Shown: positions 9,898-19,691, counted from the first letter of the stretch. The stretch is 30,894 nucleotides of DNA from a candidate division FCPU426 bacterium (GCA_963830915.1 CAWHOE010000079.1:1-30894), one strand, 5' to 3'. Notes: generated by a model from the letters alone, not told the origin. Translations and numbers: made by a program.

Positions 9898-12071
9898 TTT
9901 TTCTTGGGCTCCTTGAAGGGGTTCAATTGGGTGGTGACCGAGGCCTGGGTCGATTCCCCCGGCTTCAAGGTGATCTCGTAGCCCAGCAGAAGGCAGGAAC
10001 CCTGATAGACCCTCTCAAAACCGCCCTCCGACTGAGAGATGGTCTCGACGGGATAGCGCCAGAATTTCGCCGGCTTCGAGGCAAGGAAATTCACTTCCAC
10101 TTCCAGCCAACCGTCCCTCATGCCCATTTCGGTGACATCACCTTCCTCGCCCATGCTGTTCAGGCGGGGCTGGGATAATTCCCGACCCTTCACGAAATAA
10201 TTCCGGTCGGGCGCGTCGCCGGCCAGTAGGGTCAGGTTCCATTCGGTCATCCAAAGGAAACGCAATTCCCGATCACCCAGGTTCTTCATGCGGAAATCGG
10301 TCGTCAGATTGAAATCACCCGGTTGGAAGGATAATTCCTTGACGAACGCGACCCGGACCCCGTCCACCGTCAGGTCCTTGGTCAAGGTCACCTGGAGGGG
10401 TTGGCCTTTTCGTTTGGGCTCTTGCAGCTTGAAGGAGAATTCCCCGCCTGGGGCGTCCGACATCTCTCGGTACTTGGCTCCCCAAAGGTCCCCCACTGTG
10501 GTCCCGATGGGCAGGAAACGGTCCACCAAGCTCAAGCGGCGGTCCCGGTCATAAAAAAGCTTGTGTTCCAACCCCGGTTCCTTCGCTCTCACCAGGTCAT
10601 GGATGCTGGCCACTCCCCCTCCCCCCTGGTTTTGATGGGCCGCTTCCAACAGTTTGCTGTGGTAAGCCTCTTTTCGGCGGGTCAGGGTATCCATCAGGTT
10701 GATGGGATGTTTCAGGTAGTCCAATTCGCAAAGGGACCCTCCCAAGGCAGGCTCCAGGATGGCGTGATACCCCTCGGTTTCCACCACCACCTCATCCTTC
10801 CCGTCCTTATTGAAATGGGCCGTCGTGGTCCGAATGCCTTTCGGGATGGCCGGCAGAAGCGCGTCGGCCAATTTCTCGGCCTCGATGAGTTGGCGGTAGA
10901 GGGCGAAACGCAAATGGTTCAGGTACAACCCCCCGAATACTCCATGCCAGTAGGCGCAATTGCACTGGCCCCGATAGAGGGCTTTCCGGGCTTCGGTCAA
11001 GGCGGTCTTCGCCTTGGCGGTCGACTTTTCACCGACTTCCTGGGTGGCCCGTTCTACTTTGTCGGATACCCAGAGCATTTTCTTATGGATCTGATTGCTC
11101 TCGGCGTATTTGGCTAAAAAGTTGCGCCAAAACCCGCCTTTCAAGAATCGCTCAAAACGGGGCATGTCCCCATGGTTCTGGACGTCATGTCGGTACCTGG
11201 TGTATTCCTCCGAAGCCTCGGCGGGAAGGGACCACTCCCCCATCTCGGTGTAGGACCCGGTGGGCAGGCTGATCATCCCCAGGGGGGCATGGGAATCGGT
11301 ATATTCGGCGAAGGTCGAGCTTTTCAGCCAGGACTCGTTCTGTTCCAGCGCGGTGAAGAATTTTTCCAGCCAGCCTTCCTCGTAGACCCACTTGAAGGTA
11401 TCGGGCCATCCTCCGAACTTCTCGCCATCGTCCATCAGCACTACGCATCGGTCCCCTTCCTCGGTGGCCACGGACTGCAGGTACTGGATATTCTCCTCCA
11501 CCGAACGAAAGGGAGACAAGTAGCGCATTTTCTCCGAGATGGGGAACACCCCGCAGATCGTCCCCTGTTCTTCCATCAGGTAATAGCCGAAGGTCTGGTC
11601 TTCCCTCAGCCCAACCGACTTGAAATGGGCGTCGTCCATGACGATGTACTTTACCCCGGCCTCGGCCAGGGATTTGGTCAAATGGGGTTCCCAGACCCTT
11701 TCGGCGGTCCACATGCCCTGGACCTTGGTCTTGAACTTGCGGGTCAGGGTCTCGGTCATCAATCGGATCTGCCCCAGTTTGTCCCGGTCCGGAAGGACGG
11801 CTAGGATGGGTTCATACATCCCGCCGGTGAAGAACTCCACCTGCCCCCGATCGGACATTTCCTTGAGCATCTTGAAATACTCCAGGCGGTTCGCTTCCAG
11901 CCATTCCAGCAAAGGTCCGGTGATATGAAAGGAACACTTCACCTTGGGGTGACGGTGAAGGATATAAAGGAACGGCTCATAGGACTGTTTGAAAAGCGCC
12001 TCGAACACCATCCCGAAATTGCCCACCGGTTGATGGTTGTGAACGCCAAAAATGAAAGTGACTTTTCTCAT
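9894..12071 (-). CDS. GH57 alpha-amylase/4-alpha-glucanotransferase
   Basis: HNHQPVGNF, YEPIL, WTAERVWEP, DDGEKFG, GQCNCAYWHGVFGGLYL, ETISQSEGGFERVYQGS. Confidence 0.92.
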   Translation of the reverse strand: MRKVTFIFGVHNHQPVGNFGMVFEALFKQSYEPFLYILHRHPKVKCSFHITGPLLEWLEANRLEYFKMLKEMSDRGQVEFFTGGMYEPILAVLPDRDKLGQIRLMTETLTRKFKTKVQGMWTAERVWEPHLTKSLAEAGVKYIVMDDAHFKSVGLREDQTFGYYLMEEQGTICGVFPISEKMRYLSPFRSVEENIQYLQSVATEEGDRCVVLMDDGEKFGGWPDTFKWVYEEGWLEKFFTALEQNESWLKSSTFAEYTDSHAPLGMISLPTGSYTEMGEWSLPAEASEEYTRYRHDVQNHGDMPRFERFLKGGFWRNFLAKYAESNQIHKKMLWVSDKVERATQEVGEKSTAKAKTALTEARKALYRGQCNCAYWHGVFGGLYLNHLRFALYRQLIEAEKLADALLPAIPKGIRTTTAHFNKDGKDEVVVETEGYHAILEPALGGSLCELDYLKHPINLMDTLTRRKEAYHSKLLEAAHQNQGGGGVASIHDLVRAKEPGLEHKLFYDRDRRLSLVDRFLPIGTTVGDLWGAKYREMSDAPGGEFSFKLQEPKRKGQPLQVTLTKDLTVDGVRVAFVKELSFQPGDFNLTTDFRMKNLGDRELRFLWMTEWNLTLLAGDAPDRNYFVKGRELSQPRLNSMGEEGDVTEMGMRDGWLEVEVNFLASKPAKFWRYPVETISQSEGGFERVYQGSCLLLGYEITLKPGESTQASVTTQLNPFKEPKKK

Positions 12072-12179
12072 GCTCTCCCTCGGATCTTATTGGGCGTCTA
12101 GCCCTTTGGTTTATCCAGCGTTTCAGCCCCTTCCCATCCGTGCCCTCCGCCTAGGAAAAAAAGCGGATCGAATGGTCCT

Positions 12180-12662
12180 TCATTTCAGATCAGGTAGGAA
12201 CTTTTCCAGGGGTTCTTTCGTATCCCCCGGTACCGCCCTGACTTCCAACTCGATACCCATCTGTTTTAACTCTTTGAAGGCTTGCAGGTCCTGTTCGTCC
12301 ACGCAGACCGTCTTGGCGACCTGTTTTTTTCCGTCGCAAAAATGCATCCCCCCCACGTTCACCGAAGCGAATGGCGGGCCTTTCTTGATGAAAACCGCCA
12401 CATCCGTCGGATTGGAGAATAGCAAGAGGACGTGGTCCTTGGATTCCGAATGGTGGGCCGCCTCGACCGCCTGTTCCTTGGTCAGGAAGCTGACTTTCAA
12501 GTCCGTCGGCACGGCCATTTCCATCAGTGTCTTTTGCATATTATTCACAGCGATGGCGTCATTTACGACGACCAGATGTTTGATGTTCAGCGCCTTGACC
12601 CAACCTACCACTACCTGTCCGTGGATAAGCCGGTCGTCGATGCGGATGAGTTGGATATCCAT
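12180..12662 (-). CDS. Mannose-family PTS IIB component
   Basis: RIDDRLIHGQVVVGW phospho-His motif; VNVGGMH. Confidence 0.93.
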   Translation of the reverse strand: MDIQLIRIDDRLIHGQVVVGWVKALNIKHLVVVNDAIAVNNMQKTLMEMAVPTDLKVSFLTKEQAVEAAHHSESKDHVLLLFSNPTDVAVFIKKGPPFASVNVGGMHFCDGKKQVAKTVCVDEQDLQAFKELKQMGIELEVRAVPGDTKEPLEKFLPDLK

Positions 12663-12675
12663 GGTTCCTTTTTCC

Positions 12676-13083
12676 TTATCGTCCCGATTTAAAAAGATCA
12701 TCGGAGGTGATGATGCTTTCTTGGGTGGCTTTCTGGATCTTCGCCGCCAGGGAATCGAAATCCGGCTCGCCTTGGTGGGAGACCGCCGTGATCAGCATAG
12801 GAAGATTGACCCCCGTGATGACCTTGGCCTTGGCAGTCCTTGCCAACTGGATGGAAACGTTGAAAGGCGTTCCGCCCAGCATATCCACCAAAAAGAACGT
12901 ACCCAGGCCGTCCGGATCCACCTTTTTCAAGGCCCCTTCCAGTTTGGTCTGGAAAGTCTCCATGGAATCCTCAGCCTCAAGGGTGACGGATGTCATCCCA
13001 GGATTCTCTCCAAGGATCATGCGAAGGGTCGCGATGAGCGAATTACCTAATTCCCCGTGGGTGGCGACGACGATACCGAACAT
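12676..13083 (-). CDS. Mannose-family PTS IIA component
   Basis: IVVATHG, VDMLGGTPFN, VITGVNLPML. Confidence 0.93.
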   Translation of the reverse strand: MFGIVVATHGELGNSLIATLRMILGENPGMTSVTLEAEDSMETFQTKLEGALKKVDPDGLGTFFLVDMLGGTPFNVSIQLARTAKAKVITGVNLPMLITAVSHQGEPDFDSLAAKIQKATQESIITSDDLFKSGR

Positions 13084-13107
13084 AGTTTTCCTTTCCCCAG
13101 AATCCGA

Positions 13108-14373
13108 TTAAATGACCAAACGCCGGATGATGGCCCTTCCCAATTTTTCCGGACTATGACGCACATAATCCTCCCGATAAAGGAGGTTGGCCTTTACCAA
13201 CTTGACGCCGGTCGCCTCGACCTCATCGTCATCCACCTCAACCGGTTCCTGTTGGAAAGCCAGATACCTTTTTAACAGGGAGGGCGGTACTTTCTCCTTG
13301 TTGGCGATGACGTAATGGATGAAGTTCGGGCCTGTATGCCTAAGCAGGGCTTTGACGTGATCCGAGACCTTGTAATGATCGGTCTCGCCAGGCTGGGTCA
13401 TGATGTTGCACACATAGATCTTGATGGCCCGGGACAAGGCGATGGTCTCGGCCACCTCGGGGATCAGGAGATTGGGGATGACGCTGGTGAATAGGCTTCC
13501 CGGACCCAGCACGACCGCGTCCGCGTCCAGGATGGCCCTTAAAACATCCTTATTGGGCCTGACTTTTTTGCGGAGCATGACCCGATCGATCGCCGATTTC
13601 CCCAAGGGAATGCTGGATTCCCCCGTGATGACCTTGCCGTTCTTCAATTTGGCCTGGAGGGTCATGGGATCGAAGGTCACTGGCAGGACCGTTCCTCGGG
13701 TCGAGAGCACCTTGCTGGACTCCTCCACCGCCCGTCCGAAATCGCCCGTGATCTCCCGCATGACCGTGATGAAAAGATTGCCGAAGCTGTGTCCCTTCAG
13801 GTCCCCATGGCTCTTGAACCGGTACTGGAATAGCTCGTTCAGGAGGGTTTCCTGGTCCGCCAGCGCCACGATGCAGTTGCGGATGTCGCCGGGCGGGGGC
13901 GTGCCGAAATCCTTGCGCAATCGGCCCGAACTTCCTCCGTCATCGGCCACGGTCACCACCGCCGACAGGTTGCTGGTGTAATGCTTGAGGGAGGAAAGAA
14001 CGCTGGGAAGTCCCGTGCCGCCCCCCACCGCCACGATCCGGGGGCCCCTTTTCAATCGGATGCGGTTATAGGCGATATCGACGAAATCCTTTTCTTGGGC
14101 CGGGATCAGGATGGTCAGGATGGCGTAGATGGCCCGGCGGACGGCCAACACCAGGGCGGCCACAGCCAGGAGGATCAGGAAAAAGTCGATGAACTTCAGG
14201 TGCTTAAGATGGTCGCCCAATTCCTGGATGACGGGCGGGTTATAGTGGATGCCCATCGTATGTTGGCTCATGACTCCGGAGAAACCCACGACCAACACCA
14301 CCACGGCCAAGGCCATGAGAATGAACCAACGTTTCAATCGCATACCTGGATATAGCCAGCGGAAACGGATCAT
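13108..14373 (-). CDS. yvcK: YvcK/UPF0052 family protein with N-terminal membrane extension
   Basis: GGGTGL, VTVADDGGSSGRLR, PPGDIRNC, GHSFGNLF, GPGSLFTS, NIMTQPGET; two N-terminal hydrophobic helices. Confidence 0.9.
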   Translation of the reverse strand: MIRFRWLYPGMRLKRWFILMALAVVVLVVGFSGVMSQHTMGIHYNPPVIQELGDHLKHLKFIDFFLILLAVAALVLAVRRAIYAILTILIPAQEKDFVDIAYNRIRLKRGPRIVAVGGGTGLPSVLSSLKHYTSNLSAVVTVADDGGSSGRLRKDFGTPPPGDIRNCIVALADQETLLNELFQYRFKSHGDLKGHSFGNLFITVMREITGDFGRAVEESSKVLSTRGTVLPVTFDPMTLQAKLKNGKVITGESSIPLGKSAIDRVMLRKKVRPNKDVLRAILDADAVVLGPGSLFTSVIPNLLIPEVAETIALSRAIKIYVCNIMTQPGETDHYKVSDHVKALLRHTGPNFIHYVIANKEKVPPSLLKRYLAFQQEPVEVDDDEVEATGVKLVKANLLYREDYVRHSPEKLGRAIIRRLVI

Positions 14374-15338
14374 CCCTCGATCCCCTTGGTCCGGGTTTTC
14401 TTGGCCGATTCCTCCACCATGATCCGGCTGACCCGATCCGAGAACTCCTGGGCTGAGAAATAGCCCAGCTTCATCAGGCGGTGGTTCATGGCGGCGACCT
14501 CGATGATGACCGCCAGGTTCCGGCCGGGTCGGACAGGGATGAGGAAGGTTGGGATATCCACGTCGAAGATCTTGTGTGAGGAGGGCGTCAGGCCGATCCG
14601 ATCATATTCCTTTTTGTTGTCCCATTCCTCTAGCCGGATCACCAGCTCGATGCGTTTCTTGTCGCGGATGGCTCCCACCCCGAATAGGCTCTCGATATTG
14701 ATGATCCCCAACCCCCTGATCTCCATGTGATGTTTGATGATCTCCGACCGGGACCCCATCAGGATGCGCTGGGGAAGGCGCTTGATGTAGACAAGGTCAT
14801 CAGCGACCAGCCGATGCCCCCGCTCCACCAGGTCCAACGCGCACTCGCTTTTTCCAATGCCCGAGTTGCCCAGGATCAGGACGCCCACGCCGTAAACATC
14901 GAGCAATGTCCCGTGAATGGTGGTCTCCGGGGCGAATTCCTCTTCCAGGAACACCGAGATCTCGGAGACGAACTTGGTGGTAGGTGTGGGCGTGGTGAAG
15001 AGGGGTGTTTTCTCCCGACGGGCCTCGGCCACCAATTCAGCCGGGGGCTTCATCTTGTGGGTCACCACGATACAAGGAAGCCTGTAAGAAAGGAGGGTCT
15101 TGAAGATCTGCCGGCGCTGGGCGGGCTTCAGGGTGGCCAGGTAATGGATCTCGGTCTTGCCCAGGACCTGGAGCCTCTCATAGGGGAACCACTTCAGGTA
15201 TCCGGTCAGGGCCATGCCCATGCGGTTGATGTCGACACTCACGATGAATCGGTCGGGCATCCCTTCCTCGACCAGGGGGGAAAGTCGTAGCCGCTCCTTG
15301 GCCTGCTGGAAAAAAGCCTCAACGGAGATTTTTTTCAT
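14370..15338 (-). CDS. hprK: HPr(Ser) kinase/phosphorylase
   Basis: Walker A GNSGIGKSECALDL, GHRLVADD, MEIRGLGII, PVRPGRNLAVIIEVAAMN. Confidence 0.96.
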   Translation of the reverse strand: MKKISVEAFFQQAKERLRLSPLVEEGMPDRFIVSVDINRMGMALTGYLKWFPYERLQVLGKTEIHYLATLKPAQRRQIFKTLLSYRLPCIVVTHKMKPPAELVAEARREKTPLFTTPTPTTKFVSEISVFLEEEFAPETTIHGTLLDVYGVGVLILGNSGIGKSECALDLVERGHRLVADDLVYIKRLPQRILMGSRSEIIKHHMEIRGLGIINIESLFGVGAIRDKKRIELVIRLEEWDNKKEYDRIGLTPSSHKIFDVDIPTFLIPVRPGRNLAVIIEVAAMNHRLMKLGYFSAQEFSDRVSRIMVEESAKKTRTKGIEG

Positions 15339-15444
15339 CGATGACGCCCCCTCAAATTTTAGGATCCACGTTCAGGGTCGAACGGCTTCCGGTTTACCGA
15401 ATAAAGGAGAATGCATGGGGACGGATCAGGAGGCCTTCCGCTCT

Positions 15445-15909
15445 TCAGTGCTTGAGCTTCTCTTCCTCTTGGATGATTTTGATCACATCCTCAGGGGTCT
15501 TGGCGCCGAGCAGGGACTTGCGGAAATACTTGTCCTTGAGGAGGCTGGAGATGCGGGCCAGGGCCTTCAGATGGGCTCCCGCGGCTCCTTCCGGGGCCAC
15601 CAGCAGGAAGAAGATATTGACCGGTTCCCCGTCCAGGGATTCGAAACTGATCCCATCCGGGGAGAGACCAAAAGCCGCCGACAGGTCCGAAACCGTGTCC
15701 GATTTGCCGTGGGGAATGGCGATCCCCTGGCCGATACCGGTGGATCCCAGCTCTTCCCTTTCCAACAGAGTTTGGACCATCTTTTTCTTATCCTTTACCT
15801 TGCCGTTCTTCACCAGCAGGTCGACCAGTTCCTTGATAACATCCTTCTTGGTCTTGGATTCCAGGGACATCTTGATGGCGTCAACCGTTAAAAAATCCAT
15901 GATCTGCAT
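15445..15909 (-). CDS. PTS IIA (PtsN/fructose-type) protein
   Basis: REELGSTGIGQGIAIPHGK, FESLDGEPV, HLKALARISSLL; position after hpf is typical of ptsN. Confidence 0.9.
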   Translation of the reverse strand: MQIMDFLTVDAIKMSLESKTKKDVIKELVDLLVKNGKVKDKKKMVQTLLEREELGSTGIGQGIAIPHGKSDTVSDLSAAFGLSPDGISFESLDGEPVNIFFLLVAPEGAAGAHLKALARISSLLKDKYFRKSLLGAKTPEDVIKIIQEEEKLKH

Positions 15910-15975
15910 TCGCTTTCCTCCCCGTGTCTCACGGTATGTTCAGAGTATTGGTACTGCCCTATTCTAAGTCTCGGC

Positions 15976-16512
15976 TCAAAACTCGGGTTCGATCAACCCG
16001 ATATGATTATCCTTCCGCTTGTAAACTACGCAGGTCTTGTCCATCTCCGAATCCAGGAATACCAGGAACTCATCCTTGGAGGTCGAGAGCTGCATCGCCG
16101 CCTCCTCCACGCTCATGGGTTTGACCGCGTATTTTTTTGATTTGATGACCTTGTGAGCCTCACCCTCCGTCGGGTTGGGAATGAGCCCGTGGACCACCGC
16201 CTGAGCCTTTTCACCCTTGGGTCGATATCGATCCTCTTTCTTTTCCTTGTGTTTCTTCGCCTGTTTTTCCAGGCGGGTCAGGGCCGCGTCGATGGATTGG
16301 TACATGTCCCGGGAAGTGGCCTTGGCGCTGGTTTGAAGGTCCGTGGAATGGAGATTGACCTCGCAGACATGGATGTTCTTCTCAAAGGTCAGTATGATAT
16401 GGGCCTCCTTGATCGCCCCCAGGTAGCGTTCCACACGGCGGATCTTCCCCTCGATGTGCTCTTTCAAGCCGTCACTGAGGCTTTCATGCCGGCTGGTGAT
16501 GAGGATATTCAT
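15976..16512 (-). CDS. hpf: Ribosome hibernation promoting factor, long form
   Basis: DMYQSIDAAL..LEKQ, C-terminal KPMSVEEAAMQL...FLVF...VVYKRKD..IGLIEP; alternative TTG start at 16536. Confidence 0.92.
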   Translation of the reverse strand: MNILITSRHESLSDGLKEHIEGKIRRVERYLGAIKEAHIILTFEKNIHVCEVNLHSTDLQTSAKATSRDMYQSIDAALTRLEKQAKKHKEKKEDRYRPKGEKAQAVVHGLIPNPTEGEAHKVIKSKKYAVKPMSVEEAAMQLSTSKDEFLVFLDSEMDKTCVVYKRKDNHIGLIEPEF

Positions 16513-16587
16513 GGGTGTGTTATTTTTACGGAACAATGGGGCCCCCGCGTTTTTTGATGAAAAACAAAGGCTTTAAAACGAGGAGTT

Positions 16588-16615
16588 ATTCTAACATTCG
16601 ACCATTGGAAGTCAA
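16588..16615 (-). promoter_or_regulatory. Sigma-70 promoter for the hpf-PTS operon
   Basis: Minus strand TTGACT-N16-TAGAAT with extended -10 TG. Confidence 0.65.
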
Positions 16616-16737
16616 TCCGCCAAAACCGGTTGTCAATTAATGGGGACCCTCTGTCAATTTTTGGTTATTGGCGGATTTTAGCGATTTGCCCTTGGTTTCG
16701 GTCGACCATCAGACTGACAAACCCACTTCGGTCCTTG

Positions 16738-18270
16738 TCAAAGTTTTCGGCGCTGGGACGCGGTCGGGATACGCAATTCCTCCCGGTATTTCGCGATGGT
16801 GCGTCGGGCGATGGAGAGTCCTTGTTCGTTGAGCATCTGCATGATCTTCTGGTCCGATAATGGTTTCTGGTTGGATTCGTTGGATACCATATCCTTGATC
16901 TTTTCCTTCACCGAGAGCGAGGACACATCCATTCCGTCGGAAGATTCCAATCCGCTCGTGAAAAAGAATTTCAACTCGAACAAGCCGCGGGGAGTCTGGA
17001 CATATTTATGGGTAGTCACCCGGCTCACCGTCGACTCGTGCATGCCAATGATATCGGCCACTTGTTTGAGGGTGAGGGGTTTGAGGGCGCTGATGCCCGT
17101 ATCGAGAAAATCCCGTTGGATCCGGAAAATGGCCTCTGTGACCCGGAAAATGGTCTTGCGTCTTTGCTCGATATTTTTGATGAGCCATAGGGCCGATTGG
17201 ATCTTGTTCTCCAGGAACTTCTTGGTTTCTTTCCCATTCAAGACGGACTTATCCTTCATCAACCTACGGTAATAAGAGGAAATACGCAGGCGCGGCACCG
17301 GCTCATCGTTCAATACCACCACATAATCCCCATCGATGAACCGGACGCTCACGTCCGGGGTGATATACTTGGTTCCCTCGCTTTCGAAGGATCGGCCCGG
17401 CTTGGGCTCCAAGGTGGCGATATATTCCAGGATCTCCTTCAATTGCTCGTTGCTGCAATCCAGGCTGCGGGTGATGACAGGATAACGCTTTTTTTCCATG
17501 TCCTCGAAATGGTCATGAACGACCCGATAAGCCTTCTGCGCTAGTTCCCCAATCCGGTTTTCCAATTGAAGAAGCAGGCACTCTCTCAGGTCCCTCGCCC
17601 CTACCCCGACCGGTTCGAATCCTTGAATGATCGAAAGCATTTTTTCGGCTCGCTCCAGAGAAATCCCCTGGGATCGGGCGATATTCTCAAGGGTATCGGT
17701 TAAATAACCGTTCTCATCCAAGTTGCCGATGATGACCTTGCCAAGGGTTTTGTCCTCCTCGTCATGGGCCACCAGAAGAAGCTGCCATTCCAAACTTTCC
17801 GCAAGGGTTTGGGCCCGGGTGATGGAGGCCTCGAAAAAATCCCGTCTTTCCTGTTCGGCCTGTGAGTTCTCGTTTCCTCCATAAGCCCCATCGCTGGACT
17901 CGCCGTAATCCTGTCCTTCGCTATAGAGTTCCCAGGTGTCCTTTTGAAAGCGGTCCCCATCCTTGATGTGCTCGACCAGGTCGGTTTGATGGGTTTGCCG
18001 GAGTTTATCGAATGATAGTTCAGCGTCCGAGGTGGGGATCTCGTCAGGGGGGGCCTCACCGACGGGTCCAGGGGATAACTTGTCGGTCGGGGTTTCGGAG
18101 GGCGCTTCCTCGTTGTCCTCTTCCAGGACGGGATTCTCGACCATTTCCTTCTCGACCCATTCCTTGAGTTCTAACGTCGAGAGTTGGAGGATCTTCATGG
18201 CTTGTTGCAGCATCGGAGTCATGATCATCCGTTGCTGCATCTTTTGGTTCATCCCGAATTGCTGGCGCAT
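16738..18270 (-). CDS. rpoN: RNA polymerase sigma-54 factor
   Basis: MTPMLQQAMKILQLSTLEL, GVGARDLRECL, HESTVSRVT, RpoN box ARRTIAKYRE; alternative GTG start at 18282. Confidence 0.97.
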   Translation of the reverse strand: MRQQFGMNQKMQQRMIMTPMLQQAMKILQLSTLELKEWVEKEMVENPVLEEDNEEAPSETPTDKLSPGPVGEAPPDEIPTSDAELSFDKLRQTHQTDLVEHIKDGDRFQKDTWELYSEGQDYGESSDGAYGGNENSQAEQERRDFFEASITRAQTLAESLEWQLLLVAHDEEDKTLGKVIIGNLDENGYLTDTLENIARSQGISLERAEKMLSIIQGFEPVGVGARDLRECLLLQLENRIGELAQKAYRVVHDHFEDMEKKRYPVITRSLDCSNEQLKEILEYIATLEPKPGRSFESEGTKYITPDVSVRFIDGDYVVVLNDEPVPRLRISSYYRRLMKDKSVLNGKETKKFLENKIQSALWLIKNIEQRRKTIFRVTEAIFRIQRDFLDTGISALKPLTLKQVADIIGMHESTVSRVTTHKYVQTPRGLFELKFFFTSGLESSDGMDVSSLSVKEKIKDMVSNESNQKPLSDQKIMQMLNEQGLSIARRTIAKYREELRIPTASQRRKL

Positions 18271-18300
18271 AATCCATGCCACCCGTCTGTTAGTGCCTAT

Positions 18301-18316
18301 TGCAAGAATTATACCT
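18301..18316 (-). promoter_or_regulatory. Sigma-54 -24/-12 site superimposed on a TATAAT -10 box upstream of rpoN
   Basis: Minus strand AGGTATAATTCTTGCA: GG-N10-GC with TTGCA, containing TATAAT. Confidence 0.6.
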
Positions 18317-18377
18317 TTTTTGGTCGTAAGAAGTAATCCACCAATTAATTCGGGAAGGAAACCCTAAACCTCCCTGT

Positions 18378-19610
18378 TCAATCGGCGCTTTCCCAGTTTT
18401 TCTTGAACTTGGTCCTTTCCCATTGTTTGATCCAATAGTCCAGATCGAAGGGTTTGGGGAATTCCAGCGTACCCGAGGGAGTGGCCTTGCCTCCCTTATA
18501 AACCCTTTGAATGGTTCTGAAATTCTCAGGACTGCGCAATGGATCGAATTGATAGAGGACCAGATCCGCCCACTTTCCCTTTTCCACGCTCCCTAATTTA
18601 TCCTGTACGCCCAAAACTTGGGCGGCCTGGGAGGTGGCCATCTTCAGGCACTGGATCGGGCTCATCCCGCTTTCCTGAAGGTCCTTCCACTCCTTCACCG
18701 AGACACCGAAAGGCATGTGGGGATTACCCGCGTCGGTCCCATAGGCGACTTTTCCGCCCAATCCCAGGAATTTTTCCAGGTTTTTCTTGGCTTGTTTGTG
18801 GCCTTCCTTGAAACCATGACGACAGGTCTGGCCAAAGGGATGATCGGATCGGCGTTTCCATTCCTCGGCCCAACCGGCATGGGCATGAAGGGTCGGCAGG
18901 ATGAGCGTCTTTTTCTTGACCGCTTCCTTCCATAGATCGTCCGATACTTCCCGGGCCGGCATATGGGCCAGCTCATCCACCCCGTGTTTGACGCAGATCT
19001 CGAAATCTTCCTCGCTGGTGATATGGGCGGTGACCCTTTTGCCCAGAGCGTGGGCCGCCGTGACGATTCCACCCACTTCGGCATCGGAAAGACAGGGTCC
19101 CAGCTCATGCTCCATACCGATCTTGACGATATCCATCCCCATCCCGGCGAGTTTTTGGACCTTGTCCTGGGCCTGATAACGTCCCTGGAGCGTCATGGAA
19201 ATCTGCGGTCCCCAAACATTCTGGGGATAACCCATGGGGCAGGTCAGGACCGGGCCTGAGACAAAAAGCCTGGGTGATTGCAACAAGCCGGATTTTTCCT
19301 TGGCTTTCCATTCTAAGGCGTCAAAAACGTCGCTGGCCAGGTCCCGGATGGTGGTGATACCGTTTTGGAGAAAGCTCAAAAGGGTCCCTTCGTCCACAAG
19401 CCCATGGACATGCAGATCGATCAGTCCCGGTAAGGCGAATAAGCCTTTCGCATGGAAAACCTCCCCAGCTTCATAGAGCGGAGCCTTGGTATGGGGCCCG
19501 GCGTAGGATATTTTCTCGCCTGATATGAGAATGGTGGCTTCGAGGATGGATTGGTCCTTGACCCCATCGTAAAGGGTGACATTCTCGATCGCCGTGTTGA
19601 CCTTGAGCAT
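18378..19610 (-). CDS. Metal-dependent amidohydrolase family protein
   Basis: PGLIDLHVH, GITTIRD, VTAH, LAH, GTDAG, LGSVEKGKWADLV. Confidence 0.9.
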   Translation of the reverse strand: MLKVNTAIENVTLYDGVKDQSILEATILISGEKISYAGPHTKAPLYEAGEVFHAKGLFALPGLIDLHVHGLVDEGTLLSFLQNGITTIRDLASDVFDALEWKAKEKSGLLQSPRLFVSGPVLTCPMGYPQNVWGPQISMTLQGRYQAQDKVQKLAGMGMDIVKIGMEHELGPCLSDAEVGGIVTAAHALGKRVTAHITSEEDFEICVKHGVDELAHMPAREVSDDLWKEAVKKKTLILPTLHAHAGWAEEWKRRSDHPFGQTCRHGFKEGHKQAKKNLEKFLGLGGKVAYGTDAGNPHMPFGVSVKEWKDLQESGMSPIQCLKMATSQAAQVLGVQDKLGSVEKGKWADLVLYQFDPLRSPENFRTIQRVYKGGKATPSGTLEFPKPFDLDYWIKQWERTKFKKNWESAD

Positions 19611-19691
19611 AGAACCTCGATAGTTTTTTCAACCCCAACTCGCCGATGTTTCCCTCATTATAGTTTCATGGAGCAAGAGGCGCTTCGCCCC

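Noticed and set aside
12072..12179. Possible riboswitch or sRNA before GH57
   Set aside because: No recognisable conserved motif or strong stem
16695..16742. Extension of the 21-bp phase to GTCAAA at 16737
   Set aside because: Intermediate positions do not match and the site overlaps the rpoN stop codon; likely chance
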